From the sequence record OR670491.1: a stretch of DNA of 64,000 nt. One strand, 5' to 3'. The notes beneath the pieces were generated by a model, which worked only from the letters and a program-made list of their open reading frames with translations, ran no database searches and was not told where the DNA came from. Below, in pieces: positions 63,609 through 64,000 of the stretch (position 1 is the first letter of the stretch; every line of letters begins with the position of its first letter). The translations under genes and the position numbers were made by a program.

Positions 63609-64000
63609 TGCTTAAAGATTTAGATTTTTCAAATTTAGAGATCATCAGTGCAGTGAAGAACATTACTGATATGGATGATGAAAAAGGTGTAATGGTAACT
63701 ATCACTTTCGTAAAGGAAGAGGATAGCTATAAGCATCTTACTGGAATTGAAGAACTAATCCACAAGACCAATCTCGAAAACGATGGTAAGCTTATCAAGC
63801 TTCAGGCATCCTATTCCCAAAAAACGTCATTTTTTGTAGACCTAAATAATGTAGTCAAGGTGGTATACAATCATCCTGACAACAAATACAGAAGCACAAC
63901 ACGAAACGAAGAAGCAGCCATCGACACTAATATCAAAGATGATGTCGAATTTGTTAATACAGTTTTTGAGCGTTGTGCACCTGAATTGAAAAAAGTATAC
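63608..64000 (+). CDS. hypothetical protein, truncated by the window end (not in ORF track)
   Basis: TAATG overlap; open frame MLKDLDFSNLEIISAVKNITD... runs to 64000. Confidence 0.65.
   Translation, partial: MLKDLDFSNLEIISAVKNITDMDDEKGVMVTITFVKEEDSYKHLTGIEELIHKTNLENDGKLIKLQASYSQKTSFFVDLNNVVKVVYNHPDNKYRSTTRNEEAAIDTNIKDDVEFVNTVFERCAPELKKVY

Larger units (their letters stand above)
1..64000. repeat. dispersed, highly iterated palindrome AGTACT (often CAGTACTG)
   Basis: hand count of ~37 copies in 1-10000 and ~28 in 10001-20000 versus ~3-4 per 10 kb expected from composition. Confidence 0.9.

Noticed and set aside
1-64000. CRISPR array, tRNA or rRNA genes
   Set aside because: No regularly spaced direct repeats and no cloverleaf with T-loop/CCA seen; GTTCGA hits lie inside CDSs.
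1-64000. Stop-codon reassignment
   Set aside because: Standard-code ORFs tile the window densely and known enzymes are full length.

Overview
A 64-kb, AT-rich segment (roughly one-third GC, judged by eye) of a large lytic dsDNA phage. About 110 tightly packed genes lie on the + strand, with one clear - strand gene (an Ig-repeat protein). T4-type late promoters (TAAATA core), a T4-like RNA ligase 1/PNK pair, DNA ligase, NrdDG, PhoH, ClpP and two ~900-aa tail-like proteins suggest a T4-related jumbo myovirus of an enteric or facultatively anaerobic host; a RaK2/GAP32-like group is an inference only. Recognisable functions cover RNA repair, nucleotide and NAD/ADP-ribose metabolism, proteolysis, a Dam-family methyltransferase, virion and tail proteins, a GH8-like glycoside hydrolase, spanins and two endonucleases. 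Main items for follow-up: (1) the palindrome AGTACT is about 10-fold over-represented in all reading frames; (2) a ~620-nt ORF-free, helix-rich region at 8.1-8.75 kb is a candidate large ncRNA; (3) 13 otherwise dissimilar proteins share an acidic-FQxS motif; (4) an ACP-fold protein lacks the phosphopantetheine serine; (5) an FNR box sits at -41.5 of the nrdD promoter; (6) a Sir2 + NUDT16-like + cyclic-phosphate receiver cluster; (7) a frameshifted tail gene lies directly upstream of the GH8-like enzyme. No tRNA, rRNA or CRISPR array was seen. All family calls come from motif recognition by eye; no searches were run.
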